From Girardia tigrina (taxonomy: Eukaryota), in assembly GCA_001938485.1 (NCBI GenBank), contig MQRK01175358.1, positions 1 to 50,448 of the forward strand: a stretch of DNA of 50,448 nucleotides, given 5' to 3'. A program made the position numbers and the translations under genes. The notes beneath the pieces were generated by a model. That model saw nothing but the letters and a program-made list of their open reading frames with translations, made no database searches and was not told the origin of the DNA. Shown one piece after another: positions 26,667 through 41,600 of the stretch (positions are counted from its first letter, which is position 1; each line of letters begins with the position of its first letter).

Positions 26667-29600
26667 NNNNNNNNNNNNNNNNNNNNNNNNNNNNNNNNNN
26701 NNNNNNNNNNNNNNNNATATATATATATATATATAATCTCTAACTAGTATTAAAAGCCCATGGAGGATTTATATATATTTAAGCATGGTTTGAAATGCTT
26801 AATTAACAATGCTTCAATGATTATACTCTCATAATTATCAAACTTTTTACACAAAATTTTTAAATTTAAATTCTTTATTATAGTCAACTTTTTTCGATAT
26901 TTGCAATTTAATATACGATTAGGAATTGGAGTTTCCTGTCATATTGTGCAGGTTATAGTCACTAATAGCTGGTTCCTTTCAAAGTTTCCTTCAGAAATGC
27001 TGGAGTTTATATTTTGTTTCCGTAGTTAAACCTTGCAATGCAAATGAATAGAAGTAAATAGGACGAATACTCTTAACTTATTGTCAAACTTTAAATGGGT
27101 TCAAAGTGCGCATTTCTTTAATATTTTGATGGAGGTATACATCGAAAACAAATACCTAGTGGGCCATTTTGGCAGGCTGAACGCCGTGGGACTAACCATA
27201 CGTAAGCAGGTGCAATGAATCATCCACTAGAAAAATAAGAATGTGATGAATCGTCCTGTGATGAAGTCCTAGAATCATGCCGACAATCTACTTTATTTTA
27301 TACTAAAAATATTTCACTATTTTTGTTGATTAATAATTGCAAACAATTAAGAAAAGAACACGAAGCCATTTGGTCATTATGTGTCAAAATATCATACATG
27401 AAAAAAATATCCAAACATTTATTAATTTGTATCTGAAATCATTTATAAATACTTACTTAACAAATCGTGCCTTTCTGCAATTAAATCATTCATACAAAAT
27501 AAACGAATATAAAAATAATACTGTGATACAATTCTGCCAGTTTTGCCAGAAGGAATAGGTTGGCTTTCCGAGACCGGCTGTGGCTATAGAAATATTTTAT
27601 ATAAACATTTATTGTACTTAATCAATTTCATGTTAACTTTAGTTCCTGTTCGTAATGATACAAATTGTGCGTATCATTTCGTGTTAGAAATATTTATTGA
27701 TGCGGTATTGATTTTACACAGACAGTTTCATTATCATTCAATGAATATCAGAGTATTAGTTCAAAGAACAAAATTATTAAAAAAATCGTCTTTATAAAGA
27801 CAGAATGGTTTGAATAAAACTGAAGACACTATTTCTATCACAAGTTATACTATAATAAACATAATAAGATAAATGCTATAGTTAAAATAAAATGAAACAA
27901 AAGATTTATTTGCTTTCATTTGTTGAATGAATCGTTAGTTTGTGACGAAAATGGCCGACGATAAGAAAGAAACATGAATCATTTATTCAGACCTCTATGG
28001 TCAAAACTTTGAACCTAATTTTTTTATAAAAATTATTATAATAACATTAAACTAGAAAATGATAGTAAAAAATTTTGCGGCGTCGTTTGAGTAAAAGTTT
28101 CCACAAATACGTATGCACATGAAATGTTTCGTTAAATGAGGTCATTAATTAAGATAAAAGATTATCCAATATGCTCATGTACTGAAAATAATTTTATTTA
28201 TAATTTGATTCCCGAGAAAATTATTTAACCTCTTTAATGTTACATTATTTATTCAAAAAGTAGCTGTAAAATTTTCACATTAAAAAAATTTGAAAGTTTT
28301 TATATCAGTACTATAATGTATATGGTATTATTATTATTGCTTGATATTATTTTAAAATGTATTTATAAACACCAAAAATGTAGATATTAGGAAAACTGGA
28401 ATGACGGTGATGATGAGACTAGGCCGACAAAACTATTGAAGGGGTCTAGAAATTATTATTATCATATAATTTTGGTAAATATTTTTGTTATAAATTATAA
28501 TTTGCTTGGAAAATTATTAAAAAAATAACACATGATCTTTATTTGTATATTTATTATGATTCAGACAACAGTAACCGTAGAAACAAATAATAATAATAAA
28601 GTAATATTACAGTAATTATAATTAATTATTACAAATTATTTAATATTTCTATTTAATTAAGTAAATTCTATAAAACTGCAATAATATTTAGTTATCCAAA
28701 ATAATTAGTAATTTAAAGTATTACTTCAGATGAAACAGGAGTACTAATTTTCATTTGTTCTGTTTCTTTAACCAACTGTGACTCCATTTGACTTTTAGGT
28801 TTCTCTTGTTCGCGAGGGGTTTGTGGTTTAGGTGGTTCGGGTGTTTTCACTGGTGCTGCTTGACGAGATGCTTCTGTGGTATCTCCAAATGAATATTGCA
28901 GACCTCTACCAGCTGGCGTTTGTGGTTTTCGGTCTGTAAACGATTGTTGGTGTTGTTGTTCCTGCTGAAATGTCTTTAATTCTTGAGGTCGTCCTTGTCT
29001 TTGAATTGAACCCTTAAGTTTTCAGATAGTAACATTAACTAACTTTAATTTTATAATTTATTTTTATATTGTATTTTACTATTTAATATTTCTATTGATG
29101 TGATTTGATGATTGAAGAATATTACAAAAATATTTAATATTCAACGATTTATTTTGGTCTTTTAAAATATTTCAGCAGTATAACGTATTATATGTGAAAA
29201 GAATATACAATTGTGAAATTAAATAGTCTATATTAAGAACAGAAATTGGACTTTTAATATTTTTATTATTACAACAAGTTTGATTGTCCTCAGGACAATC
29301 TGTCTTAAAGCTTTCGTCAGATTACATCAGTCTATTAATTAATGACTTTAATCTTATTATCTGAGCAAATGGAGAAATAAATAAATTGTTAAAATATTTA
29401 CTCAAAATTTATTGGATAAAAAATTTAAATAATTATTAATTATTTAAAAATATTCAATTTATTTATTTAAAAATTTTAAACAAAATTAATAAACTTATTT
29501 AAAATTTTACAATTATTTTAAATTAGAAGTAAATTTAAACATTACATATTTTCAGATAATAAGAAATAAAATATTAATCAATTCCAATTAGACAATTCCA

Positions 29601-32600
29601 AATGAACATACAACATTCAAACACAAAATATCAAACATTCAAAATATTCCTCACATGATGTGAGTCACATCTCCTTCGATTTAAATGGCTTTAGCCATTC
29701 AACATTTCTAATAAAAGATCTTCCATCTTCAAGCTGTAACTCGTAACTTCTTTCATGATTTCTTTTCACCACTGTTGCGGATCTATGCAACGGTCATCTT
29801 CTTTTGAGACATTTTCCATGTTAATCAATACTTGGTCTCCAACTTCAAAAATTCTTCTTATCTCTATTTCTTGTTCAATTATCGTGGAGATAATGAACAT
29901 TGTGGTTTCCTCCATGGAGCAACCATCAGCGCCTCTGCTGAACGGTGATAATGAGACGATCCAGTTGAGTACAGTAGACATCCGCATTGATTGTAGCATT
30001 TGGAGGTAATACATCTAACAAGAGCAGTCCTTTACTATTCCAAAAGACGGAGGCGAGATGCTTTCGGTTTTTCAGTCATCGTGCCGGTGTTGCAAGTGGG
30101 TTTTCATCCGATTTTCTCCATGATCTGTTGTTGAAAGCCCCTTTGTTGTCCCAGTACACCCATATCTCATCGCAGGTGTTGATTTGGGACAGAAAATCAT
30201 TCCGGTGATAACTATCCAATAGCTGTCGACAAATTCTTTTGCGATTATCCTTGTTCTGTTGCGTCAGAGAAGTGTGGCACCCAGCAATTTTTCAGATATC
30301 GGTATCTCATTGCATTCAAGTGCCTGCACCCCGTGGTTTTATCCTGATCAATTCCCTCTGCAATGTTCCTCGTTGTTGTACGCTTGTCTTCAGTCAGAAA
30401 CTCGATTATCTTCTCATCGATGTCAAGAGAGGGCCGCCCTTCGCGGACTTGATCGTCTGTGTTAAAGTTGTTTTCACGAAAATTGGAAATCCACCTTTCA
30501 CATGTTCTCTTTGAGACTGTTTTAACTACAAGAACCGTGTTAATTTCGTCAGTCATCTGTGAGGGTGTTAAATCCCTTTTCCAGCAATAGTAAATAAATT
30601 TACAAATATCAGAGCGATTAAAATGCATTAGGATGATGAAAATGTGCGAAATTTACTAAAATGATATTATTTTATTAAAACAAAAATTCATTTAGAACAG
30701 AAAATAAAAATTATTGGACATAAGTAGATCTCAAATGCTATTTTATCTAATTCACATTTTATTAGGGATTGCAAGTATATAAGAATTATTTATGTGATGC
30801 AAGGATATCTGCAGTTAACATAGATATATGTGTGCGACAAAACTTATGAGGCAACCCTAAACATTTTATATATTTAACATATACGAGAAATCAGCTGTAA
30901 CTACCTTACATAAAATTAGCAAAATATCATCATAACTGAGAGTTACAATGTCACCTTTGTGTATACAATAAACGAAATCATTCAAGTAATCCTAAGTTCT
31001 TCAAAAATGCACAGTACATTGTTTTTGTCTCTTATGAGTTGTGCCATCTGTGCGCACCAAACTCCATATATAGTCACCCATTATGGCTTCGTCCCAACGC
31101 TCTTGATATTGCTTCTCCATCACCGTAATTTCTTGGTGGAACTTCTCACCGTGCTCTTCGCTAAAATCTCCGAGATTTAGTCTAAAGAATTCCAGGTGAG
31201 AGTGCAGATAATGCAGCTTTGTTGGCATTTTACAACCCAAATCTTGGTAGTCGTTGAGTAATTCTTCAATCATTTCTTTATAATTATCCGCTCTGTTGTT
31301 TCAAAGAAAATTAGAAACTACATGCTTGAAAGCAGCCCAGGCTCTCTTTCATTTTACTCTCTAGACTTTCTGATTCGAACATCTGCCTCACTTGTGGTCC
31401 AATAAACATACGTGCTGAAACTTTAGCTTCTGATAACTTGGGAAACAATGACCTGATCTCTTTAAGAGTTTCACCACTAGGATCTAGGGCTGTTACAAAT
31501 TTTTTAATCAATCACAGTTTTATATGCAGTGGATGTAGAAGAATTTTGTCAGCAGAAACAAGAGCAACATTTTTCACGCTATTTGCACCTGGTTGCAAGT
31601 CACTTTGTTCAGGTCATTCTTTTCGGACATAATGATTTGCTCTGTCTTTGCTATCCCATAAACAAAGAAAACAAGAGAACTTTGGGAATCCACCTTGCAA
31701 TCCAAGAAGAAAACCAATCATCTTGAAATCTCTACAAACATCCCATTTGTAGCTATCATAGTTGACCTTCGCAGCAAAGTTCTAACATTACTATAGTCCT
31801 CCTTCAAGTAGACACTGTGACCGATTGGTACCGTAGGATTCTGATTGCCATTGTGGAGTAATACTACTTTTAAACTCCTAGTAGAGCTGTCAATAGTCGT
31901 CATTGATCTGGTTGATGTGTGACACCACTTGCTTCAAACAGTCCCATCACGTCTGAACAAAAGCAAAGTGTTTCCTCAACTCTAAAGTAATAAGCAAATG
32001 TAGTGTGTCTATTTCGGTACTTAGAAATTCTCACACTTGGATTCAATAAATTCCATTCCTTTAGTCTAGATAAAAGCAGTTCAGCCCCTGCTTTAGGAAA
32101 GTTTAAGTCTCTGACAAGATCATCAAGTTCTTGTTGATTTGGAAAGTGAGGCTCTTTAGACTGCCAAGCTTCTTGTTCTTCTTCATACTCATCGTCCTTA
32201 TCCGATAGTTTCCTGTAGGCTTCATTTTGTTCTGGTGATTCTGAAACAGGTAAATGATCATCATGTAGCACTGGTGCAATATAAGAAGGTATATCAGGAT
32301 AGACTAGTTTCTTCTTATCCTGTGGTTTAGTATAAGCAGTGATATCCATCATACAGAAGTAGCAAACGTTGATGTGATTTGTCAGTTCCCTCAAAATTCT
32401 AGAGACTGCAAACGGCATTCGTTATCTGCTGCCTCTTAGCCACCTTTCCAATGCTGATTTGCAGCATCCGCATATAATATGAGGAGCCTAGGATTTATCT
32501 TGATCTCTTATGTGCATTCCAAAATATTTCTCATTTGCTTCACAGTACATCGTCTTCCTAGATATCTTATATTTGATTTGAGAGGGACCAAAATAATATC

Positions 32601-35600
32601 CAAAAACATAGCAAAAGAAGTCAGATGATAATTAACAGTGTCTAGATGATATTTTTATCTACAAACAAATAAAAAACAATATTAATATGAAAATCGTTAA
32701 AGATATAACAAAATAATGATTAGCGGAGCCATAAAAATGAATTTTTCAAAAAATGGCTTTTTCATCCAAACCGCTGTAGCCACATAAAAATAATTGTTAC
32801 CATTAGAATCAGCACACCGAAATTGTATAAAAAACACTAAAAATGAAATGAAACATTTTTTGTTGCCCTGTGTAACATATGATACACATATCTTATAATA
32901 TATAAGTACGCATTTTAAAAAAAATCACAAAAATGCCAAGTTACAGGTTTGTAAATAACAATTGAAAAAAAGTACGTCTAAGTGTTTACATTATTTATTA
33001 GTTTCATAATACAAAGAACAATTATCATTGTTACACTTGAATTAATGTTCTGAAAATTCACTACAAAATAGTGAAAATTTAACTAAAACAGTTAATTTTT
33101 ATGTAACAAAAAATTGAGCGTACCAACAGTATCATTGATTTGAAAAGAGGAAGCATTATATGTCAAATAATATCAACAAAAGCATTACAGATGCATATTA
33201 AATTTTTAACTTTTCAATAAGAAGACATAAATGGCAATTAGGAATTCATATGACACTTAACATTTTTTTCACTTAGAATTTTTCCTTGAAACGCATTTGT
33301 TGTAATTACATATGGAAATGCAAACAGTAAATCAACATTTTAAGCAAGTACCGACTAATATGATCTAAACTCTTTTGTGATGATTATTCTATTTGTAGCT
33401 ATCCGTTACTTGTATTGTTGACTTCGGCACTGCCCTAAATGACGTGTTAACGTTTCGTGAGATTTTTACGACCAATTTAAAGGAAAATATTTTAATATAG
33501 AAAGTAATATAGTGTTTTTCGATCTATTACGACTTTATTGTATTTAATTACATCATTTCTCATTTCATAACTTTACTGTTGCAGTTGATGACGCCGTTGT
33601 TGTATTTGTTAAAGTGACAAGAATATTTTAAATAAAAAGCATTAACTCTAAAACATTATTTTTTATTAAACTTTAAGAATCGATATTTTCACGATTTATT
33701 GATTTTTTTTAAATAACGTAGCGTATTCCGATAACAAACTTTACAATATCATGTGGTCGTTTCAATACATACACTGTAAAAATTACTCAATGTAAGAGGT
33801 ATCTTAACAATACTTTTTGATTTACTAAAAAAAATTTCGATCGGATTCAGGAAAGAGTAGGAAGATAACTGATATTAAACACTACATCTATCCAATCACG
33901 AGATTACGGACATTCTCTCCAATGTGTGACATCGCACTCATTACAGTTATATTCATAAACAAAATCAGAAAATAGTGTTAAATGTGTAATTACTTAACAT
34001 ATTAAAAACTTAATATTAGTGGCTGTTCTAAATGAATTGTTAAAGTTTTTTAATTCATCAGAATAAGGTACAATTAAGCAATATTTCAGCATCTTATTAC
34101 AGGGTTTGTCATGTGTTTTCATAATTGCGACTTTTCATTTCGTATTTGCCACATGTCATTTCGTAATTAGTAGATTTAATTTTCAAAAGTATAAGAGTAT
34201 AAATTTTATTAGTGACTAGTAAATCAAAAACTACATATAATTTATAAGTTTTCAATTAATATTGTTGTGGAACCAATTCTGAGACCTTACAAAGTTTTTT
34301 TGATCAAATTTTGGCATAATCATTTATTGTCATTGAGAATGAGTGAGTGTGCAAAGTTTGAAGAAAATCGATTGAGTAGAAGGCCTTCAAAAATAGGTTT
34401 CTAAATTCCATGGATACAACACACACATATATATATAGAAAGTAAGTTAATAAAAAGAATGGAAAAATTACTGTAAATTTACATTTATTTTGAAATGGAG
34501 GTACTATTAGGTTATACAATAAAAATTGTAATTGAAAGGAATATGATGAAAAATATTTTTCCATGCTTGCTGATATCGATGATACTTAAATTTAAACAGT
34601 ACAATCATGCACTGCTATTCCTTCTGTCGTACTCGTCAATTCTAAATAAATCCCATTGATAACATATTTTCGAAATAGAAAGAAATAATGAGTGCACAAT
34701 TAACTAATGAACAAGAGCTTTTGTAAAACATTAACAACTAGTGTGAACCCGTTTCGCCAGGTCTGGCGAATTTTTTTGTTAACTAAATGCCTGTAAGGAA
34801 ATTTAAAAAATCTAGTTTTTTATAGAAATTATATTTTATTAATTAGAAACTTAAAATTAATTTGAAGTGGTTTATTACATGCCGAAAAATTCGTAATTCT
34901 TCAACAATTAGCCGAGTTCCATTGCACAATCCACAATCATGGTCGAGATTTATCCGCTTATCCACCGTGAACTTCACACAGACAGAATGACAGACAGAAA
35001 TCAATCTACAAGATGAGCCGGAAATCGTATCGATTTGCCAATTTTCCAGTGATTTAATGCGCCATTCCAAACAACATTCTTTCGGAATAAAATTTGAATT
35101 GTTCATTTAATTTAAAATCAATTGAATCGAAAATTTGAATTTGTTATTTTTATATTGGAATATTTAAACAAAAATTTAGTAATTTCTTTTTGATTTTTTT
35201 TGTTTCAGGAAATCATTATAATAATGCTAATGAAGATTGAAATTTAAAACATTGAGTTTTTGTTGACATATTGATTTTCGTTTTTTTATTTATGTTTTTA
35301 TATTTCATGTGTGTTATTATTATTATTTTACATAAATAAATAATTGATTTTTTGAACTTGTCGTTTTGCTTATTTTGTTGTACATAAAAATTTTAAATGT
35401 TTTTTTTCCAATATGGATTTTAAGGAAACATTTTAGTTAATGTAAAATAATTATAAAAATAATCACAATACTTTGTAAATTTCCCGTCGTTGTTTAACGA
35501 ATCACTTTAATCGTCGGGAACTTCAGACAGACAGAAATCATAATTCTTTTATAGTATTAATACTCATTTATCAATTTCGACATAAGATTGCAATGGATTT

Positions 35601-38600
35601 TATATGAACATTTTCAAGTTTATTCCATTTTGTTCAAATATGAAACAGATTTACGATCGTAATTAGGTAAATGTACTTTAGATTAATTTCATTATTTATT
35701 TTATTTTTTATCACTAAAAACTAATAAAAAAAGAAATTTGATATTTTTCAAAATGAGATGTAGTAATGACGAAATAATGAGTCTCAAATACGAAATGACG
35801 TGACAAACCCTGTAATATCGAGTTACCATTATTTTACTCAATCAATATTTATAAATTCTAAAGGATATATTTTAATTGAATAAACATAAAAAGTAGATGG
35901 TATTTTCAGACAGTTGATATTGAAAATAATAAAAGTTAAAAACAAGAGAGTTTTTAATATGATAATAATAACTTACTCCTTCAGCTCCACGAGGTGGTTC
36001 ATCTTTTTTCCATGCACTTTGCTGTTGAATTCTTTCTTGTGGTTGTGTAGTTGGAAAAGGTTGCTTTTGTTGTTGCTGTTGTTGATATTGTTGTCGATAT
36101 TGTTGTTGTTGCTGTTGGTGTGGTTGTTGTTGGTATTGTTGTTGATGATGTTGTTGTGGTTGTTGTTGTTGATGTGGTTGTTGATATTGTTGCTGTTGCT
36201 GATGCTGTGGTTGTTGTTGTTGATGTGGTTGTTGATATTGTTGTTGTTGCTGTTGGTGTGGTTGTTGTTGGTATTGTTGTTGATGATGTTGTTGTGGTTG
36301 TTGTTGATATTGTTTCTGATGTTGTTGCTGTCGATATTGTTGATACTGTTGTACTGGTTGTTGTTGTTGCTGTTGGTATTGCTGTTGTTGTTGTTGATGA
36401 TATCTCTGTTGATGTTGTTGATGTGGCATTTGTTGCTGCTGATGTTGTTGTTGATATCTTTGCTGAGGATTTCCTTGTCTTGAACCTTGATCCTGAAAGA
36501 AATACATTAAATAGATTGAATATATTATATTTACTTACCCCATAACTTTTCATAAATGTTTCGTAATCGGCTCCAGAAGTTTCTTGAGCTCCTTGTTGAG
36601 ATTGTTGAGGTCTATGTTGTCCAGCCGATTGATCAGTTTGTTCTTCTCTAACATTTTGTGTTTCTTGGTGTCCACTTTCTTGTCCAGTAAACTGACTATA
36701 ATATAGTATATACTCTTTTAATTTACTAACTATACTAAACATTAACTGATCAGTTTCATAAAGATTATAAATTCTTAAAAATAATAGCAACAATAAACAA
36801 AAATACATATAAAGAAGTTAAGTTTTAAAATGATTGTAAAAATAAATAAAATTTTGATACACTCGACAGCCGTCCAACAATCAAAATTAATTACTATCTC
36901 CACAATTTTTGACTGAAATAATAATAGACTTTCTTCCTTCACAAACTCTAATATTGTTGTGACGAATATTTGGTGTGTTGATGTTTTTGTGTAGTGTTTG
37001 CATGTTTAAATGTTGTGTGTTGATTTGGGATTGTGCCTCTCCTAATCAGATGGATGATCAATATTTTAATTCTTATAATCTGAAACTAATTTATTTAAAT
37101 TTAGATTTAATATTCAAATTTTTAATTTTGATTATTGTAAATTTTAAATAATTTTATTGATTTTATTTTTGTAAATTTTTAAATAATTAAAATCAAATTA
37201 ATGTTTAAAAATAATTATAAAAATAATTTTATTTTAGCCAAAAAAAATTGAATTAAATATTTTAAATAAAATAATTTTCTTCAAGTTAGTTCAGACATTG
37301 AGTGATGAATTTAAGTGAGAGCAATATTATTGATTGTCATAAAGATGATCAAAATTGTGAATGCAATAAATGTGCTGTCAAATTTGTGAGTTCTCTAAAT
37401 ATCCTTGAGACATTATTGTGGTATTTATTTCTTTATTTTGTGATTTATTGATTTTTAAAAGATTATTCAATTTTTGTACTTATAGTTTTTGTTCGTTAGA
37501 ATGGCAAGCTCACTGGAAAAAAAGAAAGCGAGTAGAACTTACTCCAATTCTAAAACACGCAGTGTACCAGTACAAACAAAAAAACAATCTCTTGTCACTG
37601 CAAAAATTTTGTCATTTCTAAAAGAAATATAATAATTTGAATTTTTTATCCATCATGATTGATTGATTATCCACCAAAATGATTGACAATATCCTTATCT
37701 CAATACGTTTCAACTTCCAAACAAGATAAATGAATCGAATTTCAGCAGATAGATGATACCTTGCTATTATGGTTAACTGAAATATCGGAGAATGTTACCA
37801 CAATTAGCAATGTTACTGTCGTAGAGAAAGCTTAAGAACTTGATGAACGGTTATAAATAAACTTCTTATATTAAAGTCATGAGCGGCTACAAAAATTCAA
37901 GCAACTTAATAGAATAAAGTTATACAAAAAGCATATGTACCACTAGAATCAACAGATACCACATTGAACTTTCTATTGCCGCAGTTATCTAAATTTGCCT
38001 TAGTGATATCTATAATCTTAAGGAAAGTGGTTCATTTTTTTCCTTTGAACCCTACACAACGCTTGCAATAAATCACATATCAGAACAAAAAAAGTAAAAT
38101 CTCGTTTGACATTGTCATTTTATGTAAATGCTTCTGGTAATGATAAGCAGAAATCTTTAGTAATTTTGAAGAATGCAAAACTCAGATACTTTGGATCGTC
38201 ATTTGACCCCAAAACGTGGATCGATTGGTTTTACAATCCATCCGGCTCCAATATCCACCAATTACACAACAATTTGTTGAAGAAAATAACTGGGACATAG
38301 AAAAAATCTCTTTCTAACGGGAATGTAAGGAATCCAGATATACATAACAAACTCGTTATGAGAATTCCCATATTGATTCAATTTTTTATTAAATTAATAA
38401 TTTTGATCATCCTTGAGACAAGCCCTTGTAGAGTTTTCAATCATCGACATCATTGAAACAGAATAAATAATTTTAATCCAATCATCGGAACACTTGAATA
38501 ATCTTCACTAATAATTTCATTGGCTATGTTGAGTTAAATATTAATTATTCTCATAAATATGTAAAAAGATTTATTCATTTAAAAATAAAATAAATCAAAT

Positions 38601-41600
38601 TATTTAACATTTTACAATGATTTTAAATTCAAAATTAGTAAATCAGAACCATTTACTAAATTATTAATTCTTATCGTTTATGTGAATAAGTCATTCAAAA
38701 ATCGATTAAAAATCGCAATTTTCAGAAATTTAATCGATTAGGAGTCAATATTTCGGGTCTAAAATTCGAACTAGTGACCCTATCAAGCATGTTTGACTGA
38801 ATAAGTAACTGGACAAAGAGGAGCATTTTAATGTGTTCCAGTACTGGAGATAAATATTTTTAAATAACAATATAATATTTTATGAGGAGTTAATTTAAAT
38901 TTGCATTTCACCAAAATAGTTTATTATTTTTTAATTTGTAATTTTTAAAAAAAAGTAAATAAATACAACTTTTAAAATTAAAATGATATAATAAAGAAAA
39001 CCATCCAAAATTAAATACATATTTAAAAATTAAAAATATATTTAAATAAAAATATATTTACAGTCATAACAATTGATATATTTTAATAAAAATTATGAAA
39101 TAATTTTAAATAAATTTTAAAATAGATAATAAACGAATTAAACTTTATAATATTTTAAGAAATAATTTTTTAAATAAAAGTCTTATAGTAAATTCAAATT
39201 AATTAGTTTTAGGATAAAATTTTATAAAAATTTTTAGTTTAAATTTAAAAATTATTTTATTAATTTGAAGTTTTAGGATTTAAAATTTATTAAATTTTAC
39301 AAAATGAATTTGAAGTAAAATTTAATAGATTAATTTTTTGGCGAAATAATTGAATTAACAAGAAATTTGTTTAATTGTCTGAATTATTGTCATTAATAAA
39401 ATTTTGGTGATGAATTATGAGCATTGAATTTGTTAATAATTTTAATCGGTTATTAAAGCCCACTTATATTGGAAAATACAAATTTTTACGCTATTTTTAC
39501 AAACTTTACGTTAATTTTTCAAAATTTCAACTAATTTTACAAATTTTAAGTTAATTTTACAATTTTTACGCACATTTTTTTACAATTTTTACGCTGAATG
39601 GAATATACAATAAAAAAACTATAAAGAAACATTTATTGATAATAAAATTATAATATTTTTATTCATTTTTCATTTCTTGTTTTCTTTTTGTATCAAAATA
39701 TTTCAAATTCGTCGTAAGACGAATGATTTGAGGTCTTCCTTTTTTTTCGGTTATCGGTTCAATATCTTTTTCAAATACAATACGTATCAGGCATGCTGAC
39801 ACTGTTTAAGCTTCACAAAAGTACAACAAATTCACTATACATCGTATACGGACGCTAATTCCAAGTAAGTAAACACAAAAAGTAGCCGAAATACAGATTT
39901 TTAAGTTCATTTATATTTTTAGCATCAAAGAGTCTTTGATATTTTCAAAAAAATGATTTTTAACCGCTTGAGAGTCATACATTAATGTCCATCTTCAAAA
40001 TTATATTGTATTACAACTGAACCGGATAGATTAACAATCTTCCTCATTTTCTTGGTACATCCAGCATTTCGGCAACAAAAAGTATATATCGTCGTCATCT
40101 TGTTATATTTTTTATCTCTCTGAATTCATATTCGACTTCCATCATTATAACTAACTCTTTCCTATGATTTCCATTGGTTTACCGTTCGTTTCTTAATTTC
40201 TTTCGTATTATTATTGTTATCCATTTATAGATAAATTTTAATCAATTTTTAATATTGGAAATAAATTTCAAAAACTAATTAATAAAAATAAAAAATCACC
40301 AATTTAAAATATTGGGTTGGCCAAAAAGTCATTGCGTTTTTGAGTACGTCCTAATAAAAAGCTTGAAAATATAAAACGATGTGATAAAATTTAAATTCAA
40401 TTATATATTCTGAAACCTTAATTTTCAGTCTATGTTTATACAAAATATTAATTGATTTTGTTTTAATTTATTACTTTACCGTCAATTNNNNNNNNNNNNN
40501 NAAAATGAGCATATTCGTCATGTTTTGTTGCATTATTTTCGCAAAGGGAAAACCGCTGTGCAAGCTCATAAGAAGATATGTTTTGTATATGGTAGTGACT
40601 CCTTAAAACTTCGACAGTGTCAATACTGATTTTCTACATTTCGTTCTGAAAAATTTCATCTGAAAGATGCACCACACTCCGGTCGACCATTTGAAGTTGA
40701 TGGCGACAAAATAACAGCACTGATCAAATCTAATCCACATATGACGACAAGAGAAGTTGCAGAGACTGGAAATATCAAAATCAAGTGTTGGAAGTCATTT
40801 AAAGAAACTNNNNNNNNNNNNNNNNNNNNNNNNNNNNNNNNNNNNNNNNNNNNNNNNNNGATCAAATCTAATCCACATATGACGACAAGAGAAGTTGCAG
40901 AGACTGGAAATATCAAAATCAAGTGTTGGAAGTCATTTAAAGAAACTTGGATTCGTCAGTAAACTCGATATGTGGTTAACACATGAACTGAAAGAAATTC
41001 ATTTGGTGAAACGTATAGACTTTTGCGATTCCCTTTTGAAGCGAGAACAAAGGGATCCATTTTTGAAGCGCTTTATTACGGGGGACGAAAAATGGATTGT
41101 TTATAACAATGTGGAACGTCGACGATGATGGACAAAACGTGGTGAGCCTGCCAAAACGATCCCAAAAGCAGAAATTCACCAAAAGAAGGTTATGCTTTCC
41201 GTCTGGTGGGATTTTAAAGGAATTGTGTTTTTTGAACTCCTTCCGAGGAATGAAACCATCAATTCAGACAGATATTGTGGTCAGCTGGAGAAATTGGCTC
41301 ATTTAATTCAACAGGAACGTCCTGAATTAGCAAATCGAAAAGGAGTTGTAAGTCAGCATGATAACGCAAGACCGCATACAAGTTTGACCACTCGCCAGAA
41401 ACTCTTATCACTGGTTGGGAGGTTTTGCCGCACCCACCGTATTCTCCAGACTTGGCCCCATCGGATTTTCACTTATTTAGATCACTGCAGAAAAACATTC
41501 GCCAGTGATGATGACATCAAATCGTTCCTAGACGGCTTTTTTGCTGACAAAGGCAAAGGTTTTTATTCTGAGGGTGACCGTGCTTACAATAACAATATGT

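Noticed and set aside
28380-28450. Possible missing Argonaute exon after a ttctag acceptor
   Set aside because: In-frame stop in phase 0 and no good phase-2 donor
35914-36808. Poly-Leu, poly-Val and poly-Thr ORFs
   Set aside because: Alternative or antisense frames of the CAA repeat; only the Gln frame fits the splice phases
40722-40947. Tandem duplication inside the mariner transposase
   Set aside because: Identical sequence on both sides of an N gap; most likely a scaffolding overlap artefact
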